A stretch of DNA of 13,428 nucleotides from a bacterium (GTDB lineage: Bacteria; Hinthialibacterota; Hinthialibacteria; Hinthialibacterales; Hinthialibacteraceae). The notes below the pieces were generated by a model. The model was not told the DNA's origin and ran no database searches. It saw only the letters and a list, made by a program, of their open reading frames with translations. The stretch is taken from assembly GCA_041946805.1 (NCBI GenBank), contig JBHGBC010000166.1:1-13428 (forward strand), in the 5' to 3' direction. The position numbers and the translations under genes were made by a program. Numbering within the stretch: the stretch's first letter is position 1; each line of letters begins with the position of its first letter. Of the stretch, positions 1-8,419 are shown one piece after another.

Positions 1-2
1 TG

Positions 3-1103
3 CGTTTCTGGGATCCGGACCAGCCGCTGCTGGAGCCGGGGACGTTCGTTTATCCAGTCAAGCAACGCTGGTTCGCTTCGGATACCCAGATGGCCAACGA
101 TCCTTGTTTTGTCGATGGCGGGGAGGATCCGGACAACCAAAGCATCTACTACCACTACGGGCTGGACATCGGCGGTTACGACCATTGGGTCCCGGTGCTG
201 GCGGCCACGGACGGGGAGGTGATATCGTCCGCCGGCAAGGTAAGCGATCGGTTGACGGAGAATGACAAAGCGGCGGTCAGCCCCCGTTATGACGTGGTGT
301 ACCTCAAGGATCCGCGCGGCTGGGTGTACCGCTACTCGCATTTCTCTGCCATCCTGCCGCACGTCCAGGTCGGGCAAAAGGTCAAGATGGGCGAGTGGAT
401 CGGCATCCTGGGCAAGGAGGGCGCGTCGGGCGGGTGGTCGCACCTGCATTTCGACATCCAAGGGACCGAGGGCAGCGAACGCGGCTTGATCAACGGTTAT
501 CCGTTCCTGGTGGAAGCCTATCTGCGCGAGCACCCGGGCGCGCTGCTGGCCGTGGCCCGGCCGCATAAGTTAGTCAGGGCAGGGGACGAAGTGGAACTGG
601 ACGGCTCGAACTCGATTTCCGATGGCCACACCATCGTGTCCTACGAGTGGCAATTCCATGATGGAACCACCGCCACCGGCCCCAAGGTCAAACGGGTTTA
701 TTCCAAACCAGGGGCCTATTCGGAAATCCTGCGGGTGAAGGACAACGCGGGGAACGAAGACGTGGATTTCGCCGTCGTGCACGTCCTGGCGGGTGAAAAC
801 ACGAAGGAGCTTCTCCATCCCTCCATCCATGCCACCTATTACCCCACGGAAGGGATCGCGCCGGGGGATGAAGTCTACATGAAAGCGCGCGCGTTCCGGG
901 TCCAAGGCGGCCAGGAACAATGGGATTTCGGCGACGGGAGCACCGGCGAAACCTGTTCGCTCAACGATTTCGCTTCGATCTCGCACCACTACGCCAAGCC
1001 AGGATTGTATATCGTCACGGTCAAGCGGGATTCTGACAATGGAACCTCGGCCACGGCCCATCTCAAAATTTTCGTGGAAGAGAAAAAGGCCAAGTCGAAG
1101 TAG
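3..1103 (+). CDS. M23-family metallopeptidase with C-terminal PKD domains (5'-truncated at window edge)
   Basis: The frame is open from position 3 (RFWDPDQPLLEPGTFVYPVKQRWFASDTQM...), so the real start lies upstream of the window. M23 zinc motifs: HYGLD (HxxxD), YRYSH and SHLHF (HxH). Two PKD-like repeats: YEWQFHDGT...YSKPGAY and WDFGDGS...HHYAKPGLYIVTV. Confidence 0.85.
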   Translation, partial: RFWDPDQPLLEPGTFVYPVKQRWFASDTQMANDPCFVDGGEDPDNQSIYYHYGLDIGGYDHWVPVLAATDGEVISSAGKVSDRLTENDKAAVSPRYDVVYLKDPRGWVYRYSHFSAILPHVQVGQKVKMGEWIGILGKEGASGGWSHLHFDIQGTEGSERGLINGYPFLVEAYLREHPGALLAVARPHKLVRAGDEVELDGSNSISDGHTIVSYEWQFHDGTTATGPKVKRVYSKPGAYSEILRVKDNAGNEDVDFAVVHVLAGENTKELLHPSIHATYYPTEGIAPGDEVYMKARAFRVQGGQEQWDFGDGSTGETCSLNDFASISHHYAKPGLYIVTVKRDSDNGTSATAHLKIFVEEKKAKSK

Positions 1104-1156
1104 GATGATTTCGTGCGCGGCGTGAAAGCCATCGCCAGTGTCCAGGCGCTCTCCGG

Positions 1157-1183
1157 GGCGGACCTTGGTGTCCGCCTTTTGTT
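1157..1183 (+). terminator. Possible Rho-independent terminator or REP-like hairpin
   Basis: GGCGGAC-cttggt-GTCCGCC, a 7-bp stem followed by TTTTGTT, about 55 bp after the M23 gene stop. Confidence 0.5.
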
Positions 1184-1399
1184 CTGTGGGATCCTTTCGC
1201 CTCTATGCTACCCTTGATTTAAGTTACGCATCATGCCGTCACTCCGGATTCTCTTGCCGCTCCTGGCCAGCCGCTTTCTGAAACAAATCCACCCTCGCCG
1301 CTTCAGGATTTGGGCCTGGGAGTTTCAGACTCCCGGATGCCCGGATTGGCCGGTTCCAAAATAATTGATCAGGTAGACGGAGATATTTTTGGAGTATTC

Positions 1400-1427
1400 T
1401 TGCAATTATATATAATGCCAATATAAT
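1400..1427 (+). promoter_or_regulatory. Putative sigma-70 promoter
   Basis: TTGCAA (1400-1405), 16-nt spacer, TATAAT (1422-1427) in an AT-rich patch 40 bp before ATG 1467. A second TATAAT lies at 1411-1416. Confidence 0.6.
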
Positions 1428-1466
1428 GGGCCCAAATTGATCCCGGTTGGGAAAGGAGAACGCATT

Positions 1467-2486
1467 ATGAAAGTACGAATGATTTTCAGCCTTCTGGTCC
1501 TTTTCGGAATGGTGGCCGGTATGGCGGGAGCTCAGAATTACACCGTGAATTTCACATCCAAGCCTCCCACAATCGACGGGGCCGCTGCGGCGGGCGAATG
1601 GGACGCGGCCGCTCCCGCGATCACGGGTTTTGTGGCGCATGATTCCGCCACACCCGAGGATACAACCGAGCCCACCAAGGTGAGAGTGCTGTACAGCGTG
1701 GATGCCCTCTATGTCCTGTATGAGTGCACGGACAAGGAAGTGGTTTCCGTGGTGACCGGCAGCGAGCGCTTCAACGGCGCGCCCGAAGGCACGCCCGGCC
1801 AACAATCCAGCGGCAACGTGGGATGGACCTTCGCGGGTACCGACTACCTGGCGATTTATATCGATCCCGCCAACGTCGCCGATGACCGCACGGATGTCGA
1901 TCCCAGCTTCTACAGCTACAGCCTCCAGGCCGAGCCCTCCATCACCGCCAAGAACGAAAAGGACGACAAGGGCAACTCGTACAACTACACCGAGGCGGGA
2001 CGGTACGGCGGGGATGTCATTCGGAATACGTTTTTCCCCACGATCAATGACCAGGTGGTGATGTGGTTGCCGGGAGGTTCTTGGGAACTCAAGAATACCC
2101 AAATCAAGGACGGCTCTACCGCCAACGGGTACGTGATGGAGTTCAAGATTCCCTGGGGAGATCTGTATTGCCCCTACTATGAACGCTATGGCGGTCGCCT
2201 GGTGGACAACATTGTCGAATTGAACGGCATGGATACCGAGTTGAACGCCGAGGCGGAAACCGTCTGGGGCCTGGAGCGCGTCGAGGGCGGCAAAGTGACC
2301 GGCATGCCGGTGCCCGGAACCGTCTGGAAGGTGCAGTTCTCCCGCCATTCCGCCAGTGCCGAACCCCAATACACCAACTGGGTGGGAAACACGGGGGGAT
2401 TCGTGTCCCGTCCGTTTGGCAACCTGATCTTCGGCGAAGTGAAGGGCGGCGATACGGCGGTGCAAAACGCGGCGCTGCATCAATGA
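1467..2486 (+). CDS. Secreted protein with CBM9/DOMON-like sugar-binding domain
   Basis: SD AAGGAG (1453-1458) precedes ATG 1467. Sec signal peptide MKVRMIFSLLVLFGMVAGMAGA|Q. CBM9_1-like motifs: PPTIDG...GEWDAA, TKVRVLYSVDALYVLYECTD, DYLAIYIDP and GYVMEFKIPW. Confidence 0.7.
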   Translation: MKVRMIFSLLVLFGMVAGMAGAQNYTVNFTSKPPTIDGAAAAGEWDAAAPAITGFVAHDSATPEDTTEPTKVRVLYSVDALYVLYECTDKEVVSVVTGSERFNGAPEGTPGQQSSGNVGWTFAGTDYLAIYIDPANVADDRTDVDPSFYSYSLQAEPSITAKNEKDDKGNSYNYTEAGRYGGDVIRNTFFPTINDQVVMWLPGGSWELKNTQIKDGSTANGYVMEFKIPWGDLYCPYYERYGGRLVDNIVELNGMDTELNAEAETVWGLERVEGGKVTGMPVPGTVWKVQFSRHSASAEPQYTNWVGNTGGFVSRPFGNLIFGEVKGGDTAVQNAALHQ

Positions 2487-2504
2487 CATGAAAGAAATGA
2501 CATA

Positions 2505-2534
2505 AAGAGGGCGGGGAAACGGTCCCGCTTTCTT
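2505..2534 (+). terminator. Hairpin, possible first terminator after the CBM9-like gene
   Basis: AAGAGGGCGGG...CCCGCTTTCTT inverted repeat that includes G-U pairs. Confidence 0.4.
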
Positions 2535-2552
2535 GGAAACAGGCATAAACAA

Positions 2553-2592
2553 CGGCCCATGAGGAATTATTCGTCTCATGGGCCGGTTTTTT
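2553..2592. terminator. Bidirectional Rho-independent terminator between convergent genes
   Basis: Perfect 11-bp stem CGGCCCATGAG (2553-2563) / CTCATGGGCCG (2575-2585). It is followed by GTTTTTT on + and TTGTTTAT on -, and lies between the CBM9-like gene and argG. Confidence 0.8.
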
Positions 2593-2609
2593 GATTCGGG
2601 AAGAGGAAT

Positions 2610-3815
2610 TTACTTCTTCTTCCGCACCAGGCTTTCGATCTTGTTGGGCAGTCCGAAGAGGCGGATGAAGCCCTCGGCGTCGTGCTGGTTGTAGACCTCG
2701 TCGCGGCCGAAGGTGGCGTAGGCCTCGGCGTAGAGCGAATGGGGTGACTTGCGTCCGGCCACGGTGCAGTTCCCCTTGTACAACTTCATGCGGACGGTAC
2801 CGGTCACGTACTTTTCGGTTTCTTGGAAAAACGCATCCAGCGAACGCCGCAGTGAGGTGAACCACTGGCCGTAATACACCAGCTCGGCGTAGCGTTCGGC
2901 CAACAGGAAGCGGTAATGCAGGGTGTCACGGTCGCAGGTCAGTGAGAGCAGTTCGCGATGGGCGTTGACCAACAGGGTGCCGCCGGGAGTTTCATAGACG
3001 CCGCGCGACTTCATCCCCACCAGCCGGTTTTCCACGAGGTCCACGCGGCCGACGCCGTGCTTGCCGCCCAGCTGGTTCAATTTGGCCAGCAGCGCCGCCG
3101 AGGCGAGTTTTTCCCCGTTGACCGCCACGGGAATCCCGGCCTCGAACGCGATTTCCACGTATTCCGGCTCATCCGGCGCGTCCTCGGGATTGGCCGTCAG
3201 GATGAACATGTCCCGCGGCGGTTCGCTGTTGGGATCTTCCAGAATGCCGCCCTCGAAGGAGAGGTGCCACAGGTTGCGGTCCATGGAATACGGCTTCTTG
3301 GCCGTGACCGGCACGGGGATGTTGTGCTTCTTGGCGTATTCGACGGCGTCCTCCCGCGATCGGATGTCCCACTCCCGCCAGGGGGCGATCACTTTCAGGC
3401 CGGGGGCCAGGGCCTGGTAGGTGAGTTCGAAGCGCACCTGGTCATTGCCCTTGCCGGTCGCCCCGTGCGACACCGCGTCGGCCCCTTCCTTCCGGGCGAT
3501 TTCCACCTGGGCCTTGGCGATCAGCGGGCGGGCGATGGAAGTGCCCAGCAGGTAGCGGCGCTCGTAGATCGCTCCCGCCTGGAGCATGGGGAAGCAGAAA
3601 TCCCGTACGAACTCGTCCCGCAGATCCTCGATATAAATCTTGGACGCCCCTGACCGGATGGCTTTTTCGTTCAGGGGGGCGAGTTCCTCTCCCTGCCCGA
3701 TGTCGGCGGCGAAGGCGATGACCTCGCAGTGATAATTCTCGATCAGCCAGGGGATGATGACCGACGTATCCAACCCGCCGGAGTAGGCCAGCACGACTTT
3801 TTTCACTTGGGACAT
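2610..3815 (-). CDS. argG: Argininosuccinate synthase
   Basis: Motifs [52 protein letters not shown] and [18 protein letters not shown]. 401 aa, SD AGGAG upstream. Confidence 0.98.
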   Translation of the reverse strand: MSQVKKVVLAYSGGLDTSVIIPWLIENYHCEVIAFAADIGQGEELAPLNEKAIRSGASKIYIEDLRDEFVRDFCFPMLQAGAIYERRYLLGTSIARPLIAKAQVEIARKEGADAVSHGATGKGNDQVRFELTYQALAPGLKVIAPWREWDIRSREDAVEYAKKHNIPVPVTAKKPYSMDRNLWHLSFEGGILEDPNSEPPRDMFILTANPEDAPDEPEYVEIAFEAGIPVAVNGEKLASAALLAKLNQLGGKHGVGRVDLVENRLVGMKSRGVYETPGGTLLVNAHRELLSLTCDRDTLHYRFLLAERYAELVYYGQWFTSLRRSLDAFFQETEKYVTGTVRMKLYKGNCTVAGRKSPHSLYAEAYATFGRDEVYNQHDAEGFIRLFGLPNKIESLVRKKK

Positions 3816-4201
3816 GGTTCGTCTCCTGATCGCTTCGTTATCCGGTTATGCCGGTAAGCATCCACAATGGAATACACGTAAATTCCGAAACTGGCCAGGA
3901 CCAGAAACGCCATCTGGATCCATTGGCTGTTCATGGATAACAGGGATTGCTCCGCCGCTTCCACATTGCCCGCGCCCAGGTTCAGGTAATAATTCACCAT
4001 CACCAGGGTCAGGGGAATCAAGACGCCCAGCGAGGCCGCCAGGAACAGCGCCAAAACCAGGAATCCCTTCAGCCACTGACGGTTGTACAACTGCCCCGCG
4101 CCGGGCAGCACCAAGGCGGACAACAGCGCCGCTTTCCAGGCTTCGCCCCGGGAACGGGAATCCTCGTTCCGTCGCTCTGGAACGGTCCTCGGCTTATCCA
4201 T
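3803..4201 (-). CDS. Small membrane protein (TM2/DUF5683/DUF6677-like)
   Basis: [23 protein letters not shown] motif, further hydrophobic helices and C-terminal YSIVDAY. ATG at 4201 overlaps the kdsB stop, and the stop overlaps the argG start by 13 bp. Confidence 0.75.
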   Translation of the reverse strand: MDKPRTVPERRNEDSRSRGEAWKAALLSALVLPGAGQLYNRQWLKGFLVLALFLAASLGVLIPLTLVMVNYYLNLGAGNVEAAEQSLLSMNSQWIQMAFLVLASFGIYVYSIVDAYRHNRITKRSGDEPCPK

Positions 4202-4952
4202 GGAGCTTTTCCAATTCCTGGCGCACCCGCTCGACATCCTCGGGCGTGTTCACTCCCGGCCAGGGATGGCCGGTGGCGATCATTTTGATCCGCACGCCGT
4301 GTTCCAAGGCCCGCAGCTGTTCCAGGCTTTCCGAGATCTCCAGCCGGCTCCGCGGCCACCCGGCGTATTGCCGCAACGTGGACCGGGTGAAAGCGTAAAC
4401 GCCCAGGTGGAGCCAATAATCCGCCGGATGGCTGGCCCAATCCGCTTTTTCGCGCCCCCGCCAGTAGGGAATCGGATGGCGCGAGAAATACAGCGCGTGT
4501 CCTTGCAGATCCACCACGCATTTCACGTGGTTGGGATTCAGCACCTCGTCTTCCTCGCGCAGGGGGGCCATCAGGCTCGCCATCTGCACGCCGGGCGCTT
4601 CTTGAAAGCAGGCCACCAGGCGGTCCAGGTCGGCGGGATCGATCATCGGCTCGTCGCCCTGGAGGTTCATGACGACGTCATGCTCCAGGGACAAATCCTC
4701 CAGCACCCGCGCCACCCGGTCCGAGCCGGTGGGCAAGTCGGGCGGCGACATGACCGCCTCGCCGCCGAAGGCTTCGACCGCCTGCCGGATGCGCGCGTCA
4801 TCCGTGGCCACGATCACCCGTTCGAAGCGGGTGGCCTTGGCGGCCTGCTCATAAACCCACTGGATCAACGGCTTGCCACAGATTTCCACCAGGGGCTTTC
4901 CGGGCAGCCGCACCGAGGCGTACCGGCTGGGAATCACGCAAACCGCTTTCAG
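4194..4952 (-). CDS. kdsB: 3-deoxy-manno-octulosonate cytidylyltransferase (CMP-Kdo synthetase)
   Basis: Motifs IPSRYASVRLPGKPL, VATDD, TGSDR, NLQGDEP, ALYFSR, HLGVYAF, ESLEQLRALEHG and VNTPED. Start placed at CTG 4952, 9 nt after SD AAGGAG (4962-4967), giving 252 aa. The upstream extension in the ORF track does not look KdsB-like. Confidence 0.93.
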   Translation of the reverse strand: MKAVCVIPSRYASVRLPGKPLVEICGKPLIQWVYEQAAKATRFERVIVATDDARIRQAVEAFGGEAVMSPPDLPTGSDRVARVLEDLSLEHDVVMNLQGDEPMIDPADLDRLVACFQEAPGVQMASLMAPLREEDEVLNPNHVKCVVDLQGHALYFSRHPIPYWRGREKADWASHPADYWLHLGVYAFTRSTLRQYAGWPRSRLEISESLEQLRALEHGVRIKMIATGHPWPGVNTPEDVERVRQELEKLHG

Positions 4953-5129
4953 GATGATCGTCTCCTTTCGGTCAATCTCGAAGAGGGTTTTCTTGGGCGA
5001 ATCTTGGGAATCATGATAGTGAGAATCCACCTTTCGGGTAAGATCCACACCGCGGGGGGGAGCCGTGCAGGGTGGGCTCCCAGCGCGGCATGGCCCCCCG
5101 CCGGTCACTTTCCGTGTATGGCATTAAAC

Positions 5130-5325
5130 TAGCCCAGGGTTTCAAACCGGGGCAAACCGGCTCCAGGTGCTATACCCGTTTTCATTCTTCGTGGGTGGCT
5201 TTTCTCCTCCCCTCTCTCCGGGTGGGAGAGAGGGGCTGGGGGTGCGGGGATTCTTTGGGTTTAACCTCTCTCCCGACCGAGCCCCGGAGGGGCGCTTTCT
5301 GCATTAGCCAGGGGTACAACCCCTG
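5130..5325. repeat. Cluster of REP-like palindromic elements
   Basis: TAGCCCAGGGTTTCAAACCGGGGC (5130-5153). CCCCTCTCTCC/GGAGAGAGGGG 11-bp stem (5209-5235). GCCCCGGAGGGGC (5281-5293). TAGCCAGGGGTACAACCCCTG (5305-5325). Confidence 0.6.
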
Positions 5326-5350
5326 ACGTGATCTTGAAATTCACTCCCAA

Positions 5351-5929
5351 TCACCGCCGGAAGAACTTCAGGTATTTCAACTGCTCCGGATCCGCCGGGA
5401 AAATGCCTTCACCGGCCGACCGGACATCCTCGACGGAATAGAACGCTCCTGGATTGAATCGCTGAATGATATCCAGTATCTCCGGTAAATACTTGCGTTT
5501 GATGATGGTGAAGATCACGTTGACATATCCGTCGTTACCATAGGCGGGGATATTGGTGAAACCGTAGTTGTTCTCTTTCAAATGCCGGATCAAGGCCTCG
5601 GCGTCTTTCTGGGTAATGATCCGGACGATGATCAATCCCATCGCCAGCTTGGTTTCGAGAAAGATGCCGATGTAATTGCCCGTGGCGTAACCGCCGGCGT
5701 AGGCGATGAAGTTTGGCAGAGTGCTGACGTGCAGGATGACCTGGCTGACGATGGTGAGCCAGACGAACACCTCGATGAAACCCAACACCGGGGCCAGCTT
5801 TCTCATCCCCCGGGTGATGAAGACGATCCGCAGCGTTCCCACGGTGACGTCCAGGATCCGGGCGCAAAAAATGATCACGGGAAACACCCAGGGCAGCCAG
5901 TCCTTGTCGATCCAAACCGTGATATCCAT
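5351..5929 (-). CDS. UPF0316 / DUF2179 (DUF5698) family membrane protein
   Basis: IFCARILDVTVGTLRIVFITRG, LGFIEVFVWL and AYAGGYATGNYIG, plus a C-terminal ferredoxin-like domain ending NPGAFYSVEDVR. SD AAAGGAG upstream. Confidence 0.9.
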   Translation of the reverse strand: MDITVWIDKDWLPWVFPVIIFCARILDVTVGTLRIVFITRGMRKLAPVLGFIEVFVWLTIVSQVILHVSTLPNFIAYAGGYATGNYIGIFLETKLAMGLIIVRIITQKDAEALIRHLKENNYGFTNIPAYGNDGYVNVIFTIIKRKYLPEILDIIQRFNPGAFYSVEDVRSAGEGIFPADPEQLKYLKFFRR

Positions 5930-6119
5930 GATCCCGCTCCTTTGGGAATAACCTGCCGTTCGTTCAGAGAATTATCAGGAGAACAACCTTCCCCTGATCC
6001 TGATCATCGGGAGAAGGACTGATCAATTATAAGGTTTGTCCTGATTGCTAAGGTATTTGACTTCGGGTTTTTGTCTACCCGGTTGCAGGGATGTAATGCA
6101 ATTCGCCCGTACCGGGGTT

Positions 6120-6184
6120 CCCTCACACTTATCTTCACTTTCTCCCAGAGGGAGAGGTTATTTAGGGTGGCTCTCTCCCACCCG
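6120..6184. repeat. Degenerate palindromic repeat related to the 5209-5235 element
   Basis: TCTCCC-aga-GGGAGA hairpin (6141-6155). CTCTCTCCCACCCG (6171-6184) is the exact reverse complement of 5219-5232. Confidence 0.5.
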
Positions 6185-6268
6185 TCGAATCGATATCAGG
6201 CCATGCGGTTGGAAAAATGTACGCACTTATCGGATGAACCTATTTTTTCTAGCCGCGCGGGCTGGTGA

Positions 6269-6296
6269 TTGCAAATCCACGAGCAGCTCTTATAAT
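6269..6296 (+). promoter_or_regulatory. Putative sigma-70 promoter of the regulator gene
   Basis: TTGCAA (6269-6274), 16-nt spacer, TATAAT (6291-6296), about 70 bp upstream of ATG 6369. Confidence 0.65.
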
Positions 6297-6368
6297 TCCG
6301 CTTTGGTGCACTCTCAGGATTTCAAGGCGTAAGGCGGAGGATGGAACGGTCCTTCGCAGGGGGACCCG

Positions 6369-7778
6369 ATGAACAGGGTGTTGGTGGTCACGCGCGACGA
6401 GGCAGCCCGCCATGTCCTCCAAAATTTCTTCCGATCCGATTGCAAGGTGGATATCGCGGAAACCAAGGATGTCTGTTTCGATAAATTCCGGAAAAAACGG
6501 TTTGATCTGATCTTCATCGATCTCCAGTTGCTTCACCCCGCCGGTCCCGACCATTCCCACCTTCCCGAATACAAACAGGAACTGCAACCCTTCTGGCAGT
6601 ACTTTCCCGCCGCCGAACTCATCGTTCTCGCTCCGCCGGACCTGATCCGCGAGGCCATCAAGGCCGTCAAGGCGGGGGCCGGAAACTACCTGACCTATCC
6701 CATCCATCCGGATGAAGTGAAATATGTCACGGAAAGCCTTTACGAATCCATCCGCATGCAGTCCGAACTGGATTATCTCCGGGGCAGCTTCTGGCAGACG
6801 GATTCGATGGACCTGATCCGGACCAGCAGCCCGCTCATGCGGGAGGTCTTCCAGAAAGTCAAGGCGGTCGCTCCCACGAAAACCACGGTCTTGCTGCTAG
6901 GCGAAACCGGCACCGGCAAGGGCGTCATCGCCCGGCTGCTGCACCGCCACAGCCAGCGCGGCCAGAATCAATTCATCACCGTGCACTGCGGTGCGATTCC
7001 CGAAAACTTGTTGGAGAGCGAACTCTTCGGACATGAGAAAGGTTCGTTCACGGGAGCCATCCGCCGCAAACTGGGTAAGTTCGAAATCGCCCATAATGGA
7101 ACGATCTTTCTGGACGAAATCGGCACCGTCACCCCGCCGGCGCAGATCAAACTTCTCCAGATCCTGCAAGACCGTTCCTATCAGCGGGTGGGTGGCGAGG
7201 AAATCCTGGAAGCCGACGTCCGGGTCGTCGCCGCCACCAACATCGATCTCAAAGACCTTTGCGCCCAGGGCGCCTTCCGCAACGACCTCTACTACCGGCT
7301 CAACGTGTTTCCCATCGAACTCCCCCCGTTGCGCGAACGGATGGAAGACATCCCCCTCCTGGTGGACAACATCCTGATCCGGCTCAACAAGTTCCACGCC
7401 AAGGACATCCATTCCGTCCATCCCGACGTGATGGAGGCGTTTCAGAAATACTCCTGGCCGGGCAACATCCGGGAGTTGGAAAATATCCTGGAACGGGCCT
7501 ACATTCTCGAAACCACGTCCATGCTGATGCCCCAGCGGTTTCCCGGCGAAATTTTCCTGCCCGCCCTGCCTTTGCCCATTTTCGAGAACCATACCTCCTA
7601 TCCTTTGGCCGAGGCGCGGCGGTTGTTTCTGGACCGGTTCGAAAAGGAATATCTGCGGGACCTGCTGTCCCTCCACGGCGGGAAAATCAACCGCTCCGCC
7701 GAGGCGGCGGGCATTACGGTCCGCCAGCTGCACAAGTTAATGACCAAATACAAAATCCGGAAGGAAGATTACAAATAA
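6369..7778 (+). CDS. Sigma-54-dependent enhancer-binding transcriptional regulator (NtrC/Fis family, atypical REC - AAA+ - HTH)
   Basis: Walker A GETGTGK, ESELFGHEKGSFTGA, Walker B FLDEI, RVVAATN, FRNDLYYRLNV, WPGNIRELEN and C-terminal HTH (INRSAEAAGITVRQLHKLM). The N-terminus has a receiver-like fold. Confidence 0.95.
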   Translation: MNRVLVVTRDEAARHVLQNFFRSDCKVDIAETKDVCFDKFRKKRFDLIFIDLQLLHPAGPDHSHLPEYKQELQPFWQYFPAAELIVLAPPDLIREAIKAVKAGAGNYLTYPIHPDEVKYVTESLYESIRMQSELDYLRGSFWQTDSMDLIRTSSPLMREVFQKVKAVAPTKTTVLLLGETGTGKGVIARLLHRHSQRGQNQFITVHCGAIPENLLESELFGHEKGSFTGAIRRKLGKFEIAHNGTIFLDEIGTVTPPAQIKLLQILQDRSYQRVGGEEILEADVRVVAATNIDLKDLCAQGAFRNDLYYRLNVFPIELPPLRERMEDIPLLVDNILIRLNKFHAKDIHSVHPDVMEAFQKYSWPGNIRELENILERAYILETTSMLMPQRFPGEIFLPALPLPIFENHTSYPLAEARRLFLDRFEKEYLRDLLSLHGGKINRSAEAAGITVRQLHKLMTKYKIRKEDYK

Positions 7779-8039
7779 ACCATAATCCTTTATCCCGGGC
7801 CGGCCGAACATAAGGAGTGCCAAAATCCGGCGGCGTCTGGTGCGAATCGGGCCGGGTGAATGTCGCGGAATGAAAAACGGAGAGCGTGGAAATAGACAAG
7901 GAGAACACCGAGAAAAACCTGTTGAAAAAGGCAGGATTAGCACGGCGCGCAATGCATCGGTTACGGGCAAGTTGCACGCAAAACGCAGCGTAGCCTTGGG
8001 TCCTTTTCTGGCGCATCTTTCAAGGGGCAGCCTGGAGCT

Positions 8040-8091
8040 GCCCAGGGTATAAATCCTGGATCAATAACCTGGATCCCCGCTTTCGCGGGGA
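8040..8091. repeat. REP-like palindromes
   Basis: GCCCAGGGTATAAATCCTGG (8040-8059) resembles the 5132-5153 element. CTGGATCCCCGCTTTCGCGGGGA (8069-8091) forms a TCCCCGC/GCGGGGA hairpin. Confidence 0.5.
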
Positions 8092-8186
8092 GGAAATCAA
8101 GGGAAGCGCCTATGAGTGAGAATAGGATCTCGGAGTTCCGAAATCGGCCTTACCGGAACTGCTAGTTCTTGTTTCTTTTAAAATGG

Positions 8187-8213
8187 ATCCTGTTTTGTAA
8201 TAAAAAACAGGAT
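8187..8213. promoter_or_regulatory. Perfect inverted repeat, candidate transcription-factor (UAS) site
   Basis: ATCCTGTTTT-N7-AAAACAGGAT, about 190 bp upstream of the candidate sigma-54 promoter. Confidence 0.45.
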
Positions 8214-8403
8214 TATCGGTGTGAAATGGTATATTTATTGAAAAAAAGATTGCAAATTCCATCGCAACAATGATCTTGATGTGTGAATTGATGCCCATTT
8301 CGCCCGGCAGCGGGAGGCCCTTTCAGGCCCGAATCGGAACTAGAAATTCCGCATAGGATTATTTCCAAGTTTTTAAGTGATCTAGGATCAGATAGTTATA
8401 TAA

Positions 8404-8419
8404 TTGGTATGTATCTTGT
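8404..8419 (+). promoter_or_regulatory. Candidate sigma-54 (-24/-12) promoter
   Basis: TTGGTATGTATCTTGT against consensus YTGGCACGNNNNTTGC. The GG-to-TTG spacing is correct, but the -12 element is GT instead of GC. It lies downstream of an enhancer-binding protein gene and about 65 bp before the first cluster gene. Confidence 0.55.

Noticed and set aside
2482..2508. Short tandem duplication AATGACAT(G)AAAGA x2 at the CBM9-like gene stop
   Set aside because: Only two short copies, most likely a local slippage duplication with no evident function.
5130..5325. CRISPR array or tRNA
   Set aside because: The hairpins are not identical regularly spaced repeats, and there is no cloverleaf or T-loop motif and no cas gene.
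7955..8000. c-di-GMP-I riboswitch-like words (GGGCAA...ACGCAAA), also GGCAAACC at 8824
   Set aside because: The GNRA-capped stem and the second stem needed for the fold are not present.
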